DNA of 32,000 bases from Mycobacterium leprae TN (GCF_000195855.1 NC_002677.1:2520001-2552000), one strand, 5' to 3'. Shown: positions 1 to 10,878, counted from the stretch's first letter. Notes: generated by a model not told the origin, from the letters alone. Program-made: numbers and translations.

Positions 1-1
1 G

Positions 2-861
2 GGCTCGCTGGGCCATGTAACCGTCGCCGAGCCGGGTGTTCTAATCGGCTTCCTTGGGCCTCGGGTGTATGAGTTGCTGTATGGCGAACCTTTCCCGTCC
101 GACATCCAGACAGCGGAGAATCTGCAACGGCATGGGGTAATCGACGCTATCGTCACGCTGGACGGACTGCAACTGACGTTGAATCGTGCGCTGACGATGA
201 TCGCCGATGTTCCCAAACTAATACCGACGCCACAACGACCCGAACCGATACCGGATGTGCCAGCTTGGAACTCGGTTATGGGGTCGCGACGGCCTGAACG
301 GCCAAGTGTCGCACAAGTACTGCGGCACGGCGCCACCGACCGAGTGCTGCTGTCCGGACCCGGTCACGGCGAGGCAGCGACCACCTTGCTGGCACTGGCC
401 CGATTGGCCGGCCAGACCGCAGTGGTAATCGGTCAGCAACGGAAGGACGGCGGTAATCGCCCAGTGTCTGGCTGAGCTCGTCACGCTGGACACACCAACA
501 GTGTCGGTCCTACTGGGTCAGGGCAGTGGCGGACCGACACTGGCCATGGTGCCCGCCGACCGGGTACTGGCGCCACTCCCGCCGGAGGGCGCCAGCGCGA
601 TTGTTTTCCATGATACCGCTCATGCCGCCGAATTTGCAGCGGCCCAGGGCTTCCGGTCGTCCTGACCTGATGAAGTCCGGAATCGTCGATGTGATCGTGC
701 CCGAGCACACCACCGCTGCCGACGAGCCGGTCGAGTTTTGCCAACGACTGTGCAGTGCTATCGCCACCGAGCTACACGCGCTACGCGAAGTACCCGATTC
801 CCAACGTCTTGCGACGCGGTTACAGCGTTACCGCCGCATCGGGCTGCCCCACGACACTTAA
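2..861 (+). pseudogene. accD3: Acetyl/propionyl-CoA carboxylase carboxyltransferase beta subunit (AccD3-like), 5'-truncated by the window edge and frameshifted
   Basis: Frame 2 reads GSLGHVTVAEPGVLIGFLGPRVYELLYGEPFPSDIQTAENLQRHGVIDAIV... (ORF 65..475). Homology then moves to other frames: CLAELVTLDTPTVSVLLGQGSGGPTLAMVPADRVLAPLPPEGASAIVFHDTAHAAEFAAAQGF, then DLMKSGIVDVIVPEHTTAADEPVEFCQRL (ORF 526..861). These are carboxyltransferase-domain motifs. Confidence 0.85.
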
Positions 862-892
862 ACCAACTACCTACGCACACAACTCGCCGCAA

Positions 893-1435
893 CGCATGAC
901 TGTAGTTTATATCTGGGTGAACGTGTCCAGTCGGTCATGGCAACTTTGCCCATGGATGACGCTTGGTGGGCGGCGAAACCTTGTGGCGCGGAACGCTGAG
1001 CTGCTATCGACTGCGAAGACAGGCTGAAGCCGGGTGGCTGTGGTCAGTCCGACCCGGCGTCATTGCCGGGCTGGCCGCAGCAGCGCTGCATGACTCGGAT
1101 TTCATCGACAACGACGAACCAGTCGAGCTAATCTGGCGTAACCAAAACTTACCGGCCGACATGATCACCCGAAATCAGCGCATCGATGAATGACAAGCTT
1201 ACTTGCGTCGGCTGACCTTCGGTGATGACGCTTGCGCGAACGGTCACCGTCGAATATGACGGGAACCATCACCGCACCAGCCGACGCAAGCACATTTCGG
1301 AACCAGTGGCGGCTACGCAAGCAGCACACAGCTGGAGTGGATCGTTGTCCGAGCGATCACCGAGGATATTTTCGTTGGGTACGCCAAACACTCTACCGTC
1401 GCGGATCATCTCAACCAGGGGCGGCCGCCGCAGCG
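893..1435 (+). pseudogene. DUF559 / AbiEi-like (vsr-fold) hypothetical protein remnant
   Basis: The fragment GWLWSVRPGVIAGLAAAALHDSDFIDNDEPVELIWRNQNLPADMITRNQRI resembles the central part of actinobacterial DUF559 proteins. VEYDGNHHRTSRRKH and a WIVVRAI-type strand follow in shifted frames, resembling the C-terminal LEYDGxxHR motif. Confidence 0.65.
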
Positions 1436-1499
1436 CCAACCAGCACACTCTGGCCTACCGGTGATCCGGCCAGGTAGTCAGCGGACCAGCACAAGGTTG

Positions 1500-2055
1500 A
1501 GAAGTTGACTGGCCCATCTACGAGCGGCGGCTTGGGTCGCTATCGAGCAGGTTGAATGCTCACCCCGTCGTACGCAGCGACGACAACGCAAGCAGCGTTG
1601 CCCATTGTCCCGATTGCATTGGGTAACTCAATAGCGCTGCTGAAACGGTCTTCGATAGCTACTCGCAGCTTAGCGCGCTGAGCAACCAAGCATTGGATGA
1701 GGTCAGGGTGGCACCCGGCGTGCATCAGGAAGTCGGTTTTGACGAGCAGCCAGTCGGGATCGAGCAACAGGGTGGCCGCAACCCTGTCCACGAGCTCGAC
1801 CAGATCGGCGGATTCGCCGGCGCCCGCGATAGCGGGCTGAGCTGTTCGGTGATTATGGTCGCGTGCTGGTCGTAAAGCGCGAAGAACAATTCCTCGAGGC
1901 GATCGAACAGCGAGTAAAACACCTCGTGGGTGTAGCCGGCCACCGTACACACATCATTCTATGCGTACATACCCAAATCCCTTGTCGTCGAACACCTGAA
2001 ACGTAGCCTCGATAAACCGGATGCGAGCTTCTGCGTCACGGCTTGACACCTGCAT
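1500..2055 (-). pseudogene. TetR-family transcriptional regulator remnant
   Basis: The minus strand from ATG at 2055 reads MQVSSRDAEARIRFIEATFQVFDDKGFGYV, then in another frame VAGYTHEVFYSLFDRLEELFFALYDQHATIITEQL (HTH plus helix 4 pattern), then ADLVELVDRVAATLLLDPDWLLVKTDFLMHAGCHPDLIQCLVAQRAKLRVAIEDRFSSAIE (within ORF 1540..1950). Several frame changes are needed. Confidence 0.75.
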
Positions 2056-2195
2056 CGGCTTGGCGACGTCGGCAATTGTGGATGCTACCTGTCTATAACT
2101 CTATAACACTCCAATACATAGGAAGATCAGATTCAATGATGTATCCGCTTGGCGCTCAGGGCGGCATCTGTACCAATCCGTAGGGAGACCATTGC

Positions 2196-3850
2196 ATGGA
2201 CGCTGATGTGATCGCCATAGGCGGCGGTTTAGCCGGACTGGTCGGCGACCCACGAACTGACTGCTCGGGGCAATAAGGGCGCACTGATAGACCATGAGAG
2301 CTAAGCCACCTGGGCGGTCAAGCCTTCGGGTCGTTCGGTGAGAATTTTCTGGTCGAAAGTCCCGAACAGCGGCGTTTAGGGATCCAAGACTCCATTACTT
2401 AACACACTGGCCTGGAACGACCGTTCGGGGAAGTGCAGCATTCGACTGGCTCAACTATGAAGATTTTTGGAAGAATTTTGTGTAGTGAAGTGAGCTCGGT
2501 GCTACGTTAGAGTTCGTCACCACAGAGAAGCGCAACTACCTAACTGAACAGGGCATTCAGTTCATGCCCATCGTGGGGTGGTGTGAGCGTCGGGATATAC
2601 TCGTCAGCGGGCACTACAACTCGGTGCCCCGCTTGCAGATGACCTGGAAAACCGGCCACCGGAGTCGTGGAGCAGTTCATGCATTCGGCCCGCCAAGGGG
2701 GCGGCGCGCAAGCTGGTGACATCCTATCATCGCCACCACGTCGACGAACTGGTCTTCACCAACGACGCTGCCACCAGGGTCAAAGGGCATAGTGCTGGCG
2801 CCCTACAGCTCGGTGCATGGCGCCCCATCCAACCGCAAGGTACAAGCTCTCGGCACAAACGGTAATCATCTCCATAGGAGGGACTGGCAGCAACCACGAC
2901 ATGGTGCGTAGCTACTGGCCGCAGCGGATAGGCACCGCACCGGCGCCCATGATCACCGGCGTGCCGTCCTACGTGGACGGCCGGGTGCTCGCTATCACCG
3001 CTGACAACGGCGTGCGGCTGATCAACCGCGACCAGATGTTTAACCACGCCATCCGAATCCTTTCCGGTCCATCGTCGATGTGGTTCGACACACTGGACCG
3101 GCTGCTTCCCGCACCTCTACCTGCCTGGTTACGACACCCTGGGCACCGTACAGTATTTACCGCACCACCACCGATATCGCACATTACGAACAATTCTGGT
3201 TCATCCTGATCCAGAAGATCATCCAGAAAAAGTCGCGCTATTCGGCTCAAAGCAAAACCCGGACATCACCCCTAAGAGCCGCAAAACAGTTCTGTGAGAA
3301 CGGATCTTCAATAAGCAGAAGCCGAGCCCAGTCGAAGCGTTCAAAATCTATGGTGCCAACTTCGTAGCAGCCAAAAGCCTCGAAGAACTCGCCGCGCATC
3401 AATACCATCACCGACGAACCCCTCTTGGAAACGGCCGTGATCCGCGCGCAGAACTAATCCCGGAACCTACAGATGGCCAACCCGTTCAACAAAGACTCCC
3501 AAGTCCAGGACATCCGCAACGCTCGTTGGCCAAACGGCTCAGCCGGGCCGCCACCCCGCACCGCACTCTCGCGCCTAACACGGGACCGTTGATTGGGGGT
3601 GACATTGCACATCCTGACACAAAAAATTTTGGGCAACATCCAAATCTACCTCGCCTACCGCTAGCTAGGTAACCGAAGGTAAAATCAACCCCGGCCTGTA
3701 CGCCGCCTAGGAGGTCGCCGGATTCAGCGACGGTGGAATGCACGACTGCAACACACTGGAAAGCACGTTCAAAAGCGGCTGCATCTTCTCCGGACGCACC
3801 GACATCGACTCCCTCCGACCTAGCAGCATGTCTTCGACAAACTGCGCCGA
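2196..3850 (+). pseudogene. FAD-binding dehydrogenase remnant (Rv0785 / KstD-like flavoprotein family)
   Basis: ATG at 2196 gives MDADVIAIGGGLAGLVGD (FAD dinucleotide-binding N-terminus). KRNYLTEQGIQFMPIVGW, VIISIGGTGSNHDMVRSYWPQRIGTAP, YVDGRVLAITADNGVRLINRDQMF, HAIRILSGPSSMWFDTLDRLLPAP, MANPFNKDSQVQDIRNARW and FKSGCIFSGRTDIDSL follow across all three frames. Confidence 0.85.
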
Positions 3851-4149
3851 CACGTCCAAACACCAGCACCACGCCCTAGCTGAATCCGTTTCCCGATCCA
3901 GGTACGCAAGATTGCGCACTAAAGTTCAAATCCCGCAACATCGGCGGTGATTAATACACAAAATATCGTTGTTTATCAACTGATTTCAACGATTACACGA
4001 TCAGTTCCCAAACAGTAACCATTTAACCGAAAGGACGCCTTGTCGAAAAGCAGACAATGCTTGGAGCAGCCGTGCAGTGGAGCACTCCCCCGTGACCCGG
4101 CGACTGGTACTCCCACCGCCGTCGAAAAAGATCCGGCAAAATAGGCCGC

Positions 4150-4851
4150 ATGGACACTGGTGTAAGCTCACCTCGAGTGTTGGTCGTCGACGACGATTCC
4201 GATGTGCTTGCCTCGCTGGAGCGAGGCCTACGGCTATCCGGATTCGAGGTATCGACTGCTATCGACGGTGCCGAGGCGTTGCGCAACGCCACCGAGACCC
4301 GGCCGGATGCAATCGTGCTCGACATCAATATGCCGGTACTGGACGGTGTAAGCGTCGTCACGGCATTAAGAGCCATGGACAACGACGTCCCAGTCTGCGT
4401 GCTGTCCGCACGCAGTTCGGTCGACGATCGAGTGGCGGGCCTGGAGGCCGGCGCCGATGATTACCTGGTCAAACCGTTCGTGCTGGCCGAGCTGGTGGCA
4501 CGAGTGAAAGCGCTGCTGCGCCGCCGCGGCGCTACCGCAACGTCTTCCTCGGAAACCATAGCCGTGGGCCCGCTGGAGGTAGACATCCCCGGTCGGCGGG
4601 CCCGAGTCAATGGCGTCGATGTCGACCTGACCAAGCGAGAGTTCGATCTGCTGGCAGTGCTGGCTGAGCACAAGACCACCGTCTTGTCACGCGCCCAGCT
4701 GCTGGAGCTGGTGTGGGGCTATGATTTCGCCGCCGACACGAATGTCGTCGACGTGTTCATCGGGTACCTGCGCCGCAAGTTGGAGGCCAACAGCGGGCCC
4801 AGGCTACTGCACACCGTTCGAGGAGTTGGGTTCGTACTGCGCATGCAGTAA
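4150..4851 (+). CDS. prrA: Two-component response regulator PrrA (OmpR family)
   Basis: Intact 233-aa ORF. Receiver domain: [63 protein letters not shown]. Winged-helix C-terminus: [34 protein letters not shown]...[14 protein letters not shown]. Confidence 0.97.
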   Translation: MDTGVSSPRVLVVDDDSDVLASLERGLRLSGFEVSTAIDGAEALRNATETRPDAIVLDINMPVLDGVSVVTALRAMDNDVPVCVLSARSSVDDRVAGLEAGADDYLVKPFVLAELVARVKALLRRRGATATSSSETIAVGPLEVDIPGRRARVNGVDVDLTKREFDLLAVLAEHKTTVLSRAQLLELVWGYDFAADTNVVDVFIGYLRRKLEANSGPRLLHTVRGVGFVLRMQ

Positions 4852-4868
4852 CCGGATCGAAGCAGGCC

Positions 4869-6209
4869 ATGAATATCCTGTCGCGAATCTTCGCCCGTAC
4901 GCCGTCGTTGCGAACCCGGGTGGTGGTCGCTACGGCCATCGGTGCAGCGATTCCGGTTCTCATCGTCGGCACAGTCGTCTGGGTCGGGATCACCAACGAC
5001 CGCAAAGAGCGGCTGGACCGCAAACTGGATGAGGCAGCCGGTTTCGCGATCCCGTTCGTGCCGCGCGGCCTTGACGAAATTCCGCGCTCGCCTAACGACC
5101 AGGACGCCATCATCACCGTGCGCCGCGGCAACTTGGTCAAGTCGAATTTCGACATCACGCTGCCCAAACTGACAAACGACTACGCTGATACCTACCTCCG
5201 CGGGGTACGCTACCGAGTACGGACGGTGGAGATCCCAGCACCGGAGCCGACATCAATTGCTGTCGGCGCGACGTACGACGCCACCGTCGCCGAGACCAAC
5301 AACTTGCACCGCCGAGTGCTACTGATCTGTGGATTCGCCATCGCTGCGGCGGCCGTTTTCGCCTGGCTGCTGGCCGCATTCGCAGTGCGCCCGTTCAAAC
5401 AGCTTGCTCAGCAGACCCGATCAGTCGATGCCGGCGGTGAGGCACCACGGGTGGAGGTGCACGGCGCCACCGAAGCCGTTGAGATCGCCGAGGCGATGAG
5501 AGGAATGCTGCAGCGTATCTGGAATGAACAGAACCGGACCAAGGAGGCGCTGGCCTCGGCCCGCGATTTCGCTGCAGTGTCCTCCCATGAACTACGCACA
5601 CCATTGACTGCGATGCGCACTAATCTCGAAGTGCTTGCCACCCTGGACTTGGCCGACGACCAACGCAAAGAAGTCCTGGGCGACGTGATCCGCACCCAGT
5701 CGCGGATAGAGGCCACCCTCAGCGCGCTGGAGCGGTTGGCCCAGGGAGAACTGTCGACGTCGGACGATCACGTGCCAGTCGACATCACTGAGTTGCTCGA
5801 CCGTGCCGCCCACGACGCGACTCGGAGCTACCCTGAGCTCAAAGTCTCGCTGGTGCCGTCGCCGACCTGCATCATTGTGGGGTTGCCAGCCGGGTTACGA
5901 CTTGCCGTCGACAACGCGGTCGCCAATGCCGTGAAACATGGCGGCGCCACCCGAGTCCAGCTGTCCGCGGTCAGTTCGCGGGCCGGGGTAGAAATTGCCG
6001 TCGACGACAACGGCAGTGGAGTGCCCGAAGATGAGCGCCAAGTGGTGTTTGAACGGTTTTCTCGAGGATCGACGGCCTCCCACTCGGGATCGGGTCTGGG
6101 GCTGGCGCTGGTGGCCCAGCAGGCCCAGCTACACGGCGGGACGGCTTCATTGGAAACTAGCCCGCTGGGCGGCGCGCGGCTGCTGCTGCGTATATCCGCG
6201 CCCAGCTAA
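4869..6209 (+). CDS. prrB: Two-component sensor histidine kinase PrrB
   Basis: 446-aa ORF starting 17 bp after the prrA stop. Two transmembrane segments, a HAMP region, H-box SSHELRTPLTAMRTNLEVLA, N-box VDNAVANAVKHG, G boxes DDNGSGVPEDERQVVFERF and GSGLGLALVAQQA. Confidence 0.97.
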   Translation: MNILSRIFARTPSLRTRVVVATAIGAAIPVLIVGTVVWVGITNDRKERLDRKLDEAAGFAIPFVPRGLDEIPRSPNDQDAIITVRRGNLVKSNFDITLPKLTNDYADTYLRGVRYRVRTVEIPAPEPTSIAVGATYDATVAETNNLHRRVLLICGFAIAAAAVFAWLLAAFAVRPFKQLAQQTRSVDAGGEAPRVEVHGATEAVEIAEAMRGMLQRIWNEQNRTKEALASARDFAAVSSHELRTPLTAMRTNLEVLATLDLADDQRKEVLGDVIRTQSRIEATLSALERLAQGELSTSDDHVPVDITELLDRAAHDATRSYPELKVSLVPSPTCIIVGLPAGLRLAVDNAVANAVKHGGATRVQLSAVSSRAGVEIAVDDNGSGVPEDERQVVFERFSRGSTASHSGSGLGLALVAQQAQLHGGTASLETSPLGGARLLLRISAPS

Positions 6210-6233
6210 CCGAAAGAACCTCGCTGAATGCCT

Positions 6234-6614
6234 TTATTTCCGTGAACTCTTGCGCCACGGCGTGAAGTAGGCCCTTTTCGCGTATTCCGTATCCTCGAAC
6301 CCTATCTGGGCGACGGCCGAATCATATGTGCGGTCGTCGAGCATGTAGTAGAATCTGATATACGATCGACTCTTTACCAATTCATCTCGCCGGCCCGCTG
6401 CCGTCGTCACGGGCACAAGTGGAGCCCGGGCCAAAAGGCACATATGGCGCCATGGCAATCTTCGTCGGCAACTCTTCTGCAACCGGAATACTCGTCGTTG
6501 GTGAACCAAACTCAGCGCACCCAATTCACCCGTCGACATCGGGACCGACACTTGATGCTTGACGCGACGAACCATCAGCGCCAAGGTCAATACCAGTCTA
6601 ATGACAAAGGACAA
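6234..6614 (-). pseudogene. arfC: ArfC (Rv0901)-like remnant; an open frame persists but the start region is degraded
   Basis: The C-terminus LVKSRSYIRFYYMLDDRTYDSAVAQIGFEDTEYAKRAYFTPWRKSSRK and the N-terminal LVLTLALMVRRVKHQV match the remembered ArfC pattern. The frame opens right after an in-frame stop with only a TTG start. The middle is shorter and diverged. Confidence 0.6.
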
Positions 6615-6641
6615 CGCGACTAGTCCTGCACCGATCCGTGG

Positions 6642-6794
6642 TCAATCAACACTGTACGCCCATCTCATTCGAGCCAGACAATCCTGCAGGAGCTGTGTTT
6701 CCTTGTTGTCGCTCGTTTGATCTACAAGGTGATAAACCACCGATCCCGCGACGAAAGCAAGCAGGTACGACAACCAATAGACCACCAAATCCAT
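6642..6794 (-). pseudogene. arfB: ArfB (Rv0900)-like small membrane protein remnant; not in the supplied ORF track because it is under 60 aa
   Basis: ATG at 6794, preceded by AAGGGG, begins MDLVVYWLSYLLAFVAGSVV, as in ArfB. Homology then moves to another frame (WFITL*IKRATTRK), with an in-frame stop there. The original frame stays open for 50 codons. Confidence 0.6.
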
Positions 6795-6806
6795 GTCGGA
6801 TTCCCC

Positions 6807-7810
6807 TTAGTTGACCACGATTTCGACGCGGCGATTCTTGACGCGGCCGTCGGGCGTGTCGTTGCTGGCGATCGGGTTGACCAACCCTTTACTCTATAAT
6901 AGCTAGATGGTCGTAGACCATACCTGGACAACTAGGAAGTCGGCGACTGTACCGGACCACTGGGCACTCAAAGAAATATCGATGCCTGAATTGTCAAGTG
7001 TAACCATTGAGCATCACATGCGCATTGAGACATGGCTTAAGTTTGCTAGCAACCCGAGTCAGGATATGGTCGTGACTCGAGGTCAAGCTAAATGTGTCGT
7101 TCCCAAAGAGAATCGGCTCACCCGTCACTGCGTTAATGGCAGGCCGCAAATCGGCACACAGATCAACCGAAGGGAGTCCAGACGGGGCAAAGTCGGGAGG
7201 TTCCAGCCGGAGAAATCTGCCCCTTAATCTGAATTAATCAACGATATTCAGACCGTACCAGATGTGCACTGTGGCACGGTCGAGGGTATTTTTCTGGTCC
7301 ATCGATACCGATGTTACCACCAAAGCAACAATGTTACCGTTGACCATGAAAAGAAATCGATCAGGGACGCGCTCAATTTAAAAAGAAGCCCCGTGTTTTA
7401 GAAATCAAGTGTGTCAATATTAAGGTTGATCTGACTTTGGTCGACGACGCTGATATCTGGGACGAGAGAGCCCTTAAACGCGTCCAGTAGCTCCGCTTTG
7501 GTAGAGTCGTCGAAAAAATCACAGCTGAACGTAATATTGTTGGCATTGCGTCACATTGAAAGCTGTGCCAAGGAGAAACTTGGAAACGCCAGAACTGTTC
7601 AACGGCGCAAGTGAAAGCAGCGTGCCGATTGGCCCAGGTACAGACCGGGGATAATCGAAGGCACCACAATCGACTGACCCTATTAGCAAAAGAATAACCA
7701 CCACGCCGGTCAACCACGGAAGAATGGGCGAGCGCCGATCGAATCGTACAATTCCACCAGGAGTCGGTGATGGCGGCAGTTGTGCCGACATTCCACTGAT
7801 CATCCACCAT
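6807..7810 (-). pseudogene. arfA: ArfA/OmpATb (Rv0899)-like outer-membrane/BON-domain protein remnant
   Basis: N-terminal membrane segment RRSPILPWLTGVVVILLLIGSVDCGAFDYPRSVPGPIG (in ORF 7519..7815). The OmpA-like C-terminus KGLVNPIASNDTPDGRVKNRRVEIVVN* ends at 6807. The central region has multiple frame changes. Confidence 0.85.
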
Positions 7811-8071
7811 CGCATTCTCCGCTAAATTGTTTGACGTTACTCGTCCGCACTGTAAGCGATATGTCACCTACCAAGTCGGCACGAGGACACTGCCTAGACC
7901 GGGCACACTAATAAACGATGGAAAAAGGAGGAAAAAGACCGCGCCACATCGGGCATTTGGCGAAACTCGCGGCGACCCGCGCGGGATGATTATGCGTCCA
8001 GCCGGACAAGTCGTGAGCCATACCGGTTAGGGACCGGCTAAAAAATAAGCCCCGAATAACTAACGTGGGAC

Positions 8072-9430
8072 TTCGACACGACGGATTTCGATGTCATCGT
8101 CGTTGGCGGGCGACCCCCGCACCGGCCTACTTGGGCCCGTGCGGGCCTGCGGTTGCTGGAACGGCTGAGGCAGCCTTGGCGAAGCTGCAGTGCCAACCCA
8201 GGCTTTCGACGGTGTCGAGATCCAAGTGTCGATTTGGTCAGCTGGCTGCTGTCACGCACCGTCGACAAGCCGGGCACCCAAGTGCACTGGGTCCTGCGAC
8301 GCTATTCGTCGGTATACCCAGCAACCGGCTACAGCCAGACGCTCTGGCTTGCCGGTCCAAGCATACCGCTAACACATTCGCTGCGATCGGCGCAGCCGAC
8401 GATGGGAGCGGATTCGCCGAATTCTACCGAAGCTACCGACTGGTGACCGAAACGACTGAAGCCGACCCTGCTCGAACCCCTGCGCACCCACTAGCAGGCC
8501 TGCCAACACGCTGCGGCAGCCGGTGGACCCGATGCGGCGGCCATGTGGCAGGCAATGGTCTCCGATACACCGATCAGAGACGCCATTGCCCGACATGGTG
8601 GACAACGTCCTGGCCCGCGGGGTGATAGCCATCAGCGCAGACGTTTACGCCGTGAACCCGAATGGCAGAAATGCACTACCGCACCTGCGATGAAGAGAAC
8701 CTAGTCCGCGGCCGGTCCGTTCTGACCGGCGTAACCTCGGCCGGTCCTGGCCGACCCGTCACCACTAACCCAGTTCACACAGGTCAAGGTAAAGATGTTG
8801 CTGCACCGACTGCCTCGCTTGCGCGACAACAGCGTCACATCAGAGCAGGCGTTCGCCAACGTGTTCCACCTTTACTAAATGTGGAGCCAACTGGATACGG
8901 CTTTTTCGCGTGCAGCTGACGGGCAGCTACTGGATCTATTGCCGTGCGAGGCCTACTGCCAGTCGTTGACCCATCCGCGCATCCTGTCGGCCGGTTTACA
9001 CGGACGTGCACACAATGGCAGCGTCCAGCTTACACACACCGCACTCGATGTTCTGCCACCGCAGGACCGGATTCCATACACGACCAACTGACCGAGCTAG
9101 TACAGGCGTCTCTGAATCTCTTTCTGGACAAACCCATTCAGGAGATACCGATAACCTACGCACACGGCCAGCCGTGCATCGAGACAACGACCACCCTGAT
9201 TTTGCAACGCACACTGCAGATAACTGTAAGAAACATCCTCCACGGTGCGTTGCACTAGCCGTTCACCAAAGACGACGACCCGCTAAACACCTCGGCACGG
9301 CCATGAACAGTCGCCACGGCCCACGAGGCGGATCATGCTGTGCAGCTCGAGCGCCCGCTACGGCGGGGCAGTTTCAGACATCGGCCGGCCATAACACTGC
9401 CATGGCTGTGCTGGCCACCAGGAACACCCA
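8072..9430 (+). pseudogene. FAD-dependent oxidoreductase remnant (Rv0897c / phytoene-dehydrogenase-like)
   Basis: TTDFDVIVVGG start, then ARAGLRLLERLRQ. Later fragments are CEAYCQSLTHPRILSAGLHGRAHNGSVQLTHTALDVL, HGQPCIETTTTLILQRTL, NILHGALH and GHNTAMAVLAT, spread over several frames. Confidence 0.75.
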
Positions 9431-9832
9431 GCTCGCCCCGGTCAGTCACACTCTGGCTCCCAGATAGCCGGCAGCATCGTCACCTGCGGAGCACCACCAA
9501 ACACACCACCGTCCAACACTGTCAACCCCGTAGGTCACGCGACCGTCTCGTCACCCGCGGTCCCAGCAAACCCCAACAGGACAGCATTCCAATCAGAAAC
9601 CAACACCGGCGACGCCTCACACACCGCCACCAGCCGAGTCAAGGGCGACGCAGTCTGTGAGCGCACGAAACCCCAGATTCGTCACGTTGTGGCTCTTTAC
9701 AGCCGAACATTTTCTAAACACGCTCCTCTCGTACCATAAGAAGCGCTATTCGGATACCCACCAATTCCCAGCGACAGCGCGAGCGGCGTGACACCCACTT
9801 TCGGGTATGGACAAGCCCAAAGAGTTCAAATA

Positions 9833-10560
9833 CTAAAGCGACCTGGCCGGAAGAAACACATTCGCCTCAGCCAGCAGCTTCAAAAGTCCGAACAGCAATC
9901 GTAGCAACGCCTCGAGCCAATCAATAAGATACCAGAGAAGCGTGGTGAGCCAATCGACACCAAAAAGCGCAATAAGGCGAATCAACGCGTAAATACGCTT
10001 CCATGAGCACCGTACGCAACTCATAAAGAATGCAATCTCGGAAGACGAGGCGTGAGCAGGCAGGGTTGTGATAGGCACAGTATTGCCGGCACTGGCTTCG
10101 GCAATCCCCATCGCCGGGACAGTGTGGGGCACCAAATCCAACACCATAGTCGAAGCCGCCTGATAAATGCTCATTTTGGTGGCATCCTATGGATCCACAT
10201 CTGCGCATACTCAGCCTCATTGAGCATGACAGGGATCATGTTGATCCCCAAGAAATTCGTCGCCAACCACACCGTGTGAGTGTCAAGGTTGGCGGACAAC
10301 TCCGCCAACCTTGACATCATCTCCGATGCACTTACATAACATAAACCGTCCCCGCAACCTCATGCTGCGCAGCCATTCCCACACAGTCGGCATTGGTTTG
10401 AGTCAGCCAGGCTAGATATGGTGCGTGCGCGGCCACGCAAGTCGCCGCACTCCGGCCCTGCCACGTCCCAGCCTGCACCACACCCAGGTTTGCAGTGAGT
10501 TCTATTGCCGAGGAAGCATATTCACACCCAACGAATTCCATACCTCAGCGGCGTGGTCAC
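9833..10560 (-). pseudogene. PPE-family protein remnant
   Basis: Minus-strand fragments: AGTWQGRSAATCVAAHAPYLAWLTQTNADCVGMAAQHEVAGTVYVM; RLAELSANLDTHTVWLATNFLGINMIPVMLNEAEYAQMWI; MSIYQAASTMVLDLVPHTVPAM. These match the order and spacing of PPE domains, with frameshifts between them. Confidence 0.85.
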
Positions 10561-10599
10561 TTCATATCACAAAGCCCCGTACGACGACGCGGCTGCAGC

Positions 10600-10878
10600 A
10601 TAATCAGCAAAATACCTAATATCGGCCTAAGCGAGGCTACCCCCGGAACAACCAAGTTCTTCGACCCCTTCAGCATGCTCGTTGCACTAAGCGCTAAACT
10701 GAACCGCAGTCTGCACCGACACCAAATCAGCCGCCGACGACACCACCGACGCTGCAGCAACATGCGCAGCCACCAGGCGAGCTGGCGGCGCTTGTACCGC
10801 GGCACCGGCCGCCGCCAAGCCTTCCGGAAGCACGCATAGCGTCACCACCGCCACCACTTTCCCCTCGGACTCAATCAC
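10600..10878 (-). pseudogene. PE-family protein remnant, directly upstream of the PPE remnant
   Basis: VVAVVTLCVLPEGLAAAGAAVQAPPARLVAAHVAAASVVSSAADLVSVQTAVQFSA (ORF 10687..10878) resembles the PE consensus (PEALAAAAxxLxxIGxxL...AAADEVSALTAAQFAAHA). The usual MSFV start is not evident. Confidence 0.65.

Noticed and set aside
893-1435. Active toxin-antitoxin or defence system based on the DUF559/AbiEi-like fragment
   Set aside because: The coding frame is broken and no antitoxin, nucleotidyltransferase or methylase partner is nearby.
3486-3872. 128-aa minus-strand ORF
   Set aside because: Plus-strand frames in this interval carry the FAD-binding dehydrogenase C-terminus (MANPFNKDSQVQDIRNARW, CIFSGRTDIDSL), so the minus ORF is a shadow.
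6642-6794. Interpretation of the 50-codon ORF as an intact arfB
   Set aside because: The length matches ArfB, but after residue 20 the homology (WFITL*IKRATTRK) is in another frame with a stop, so the intact call is not supported.
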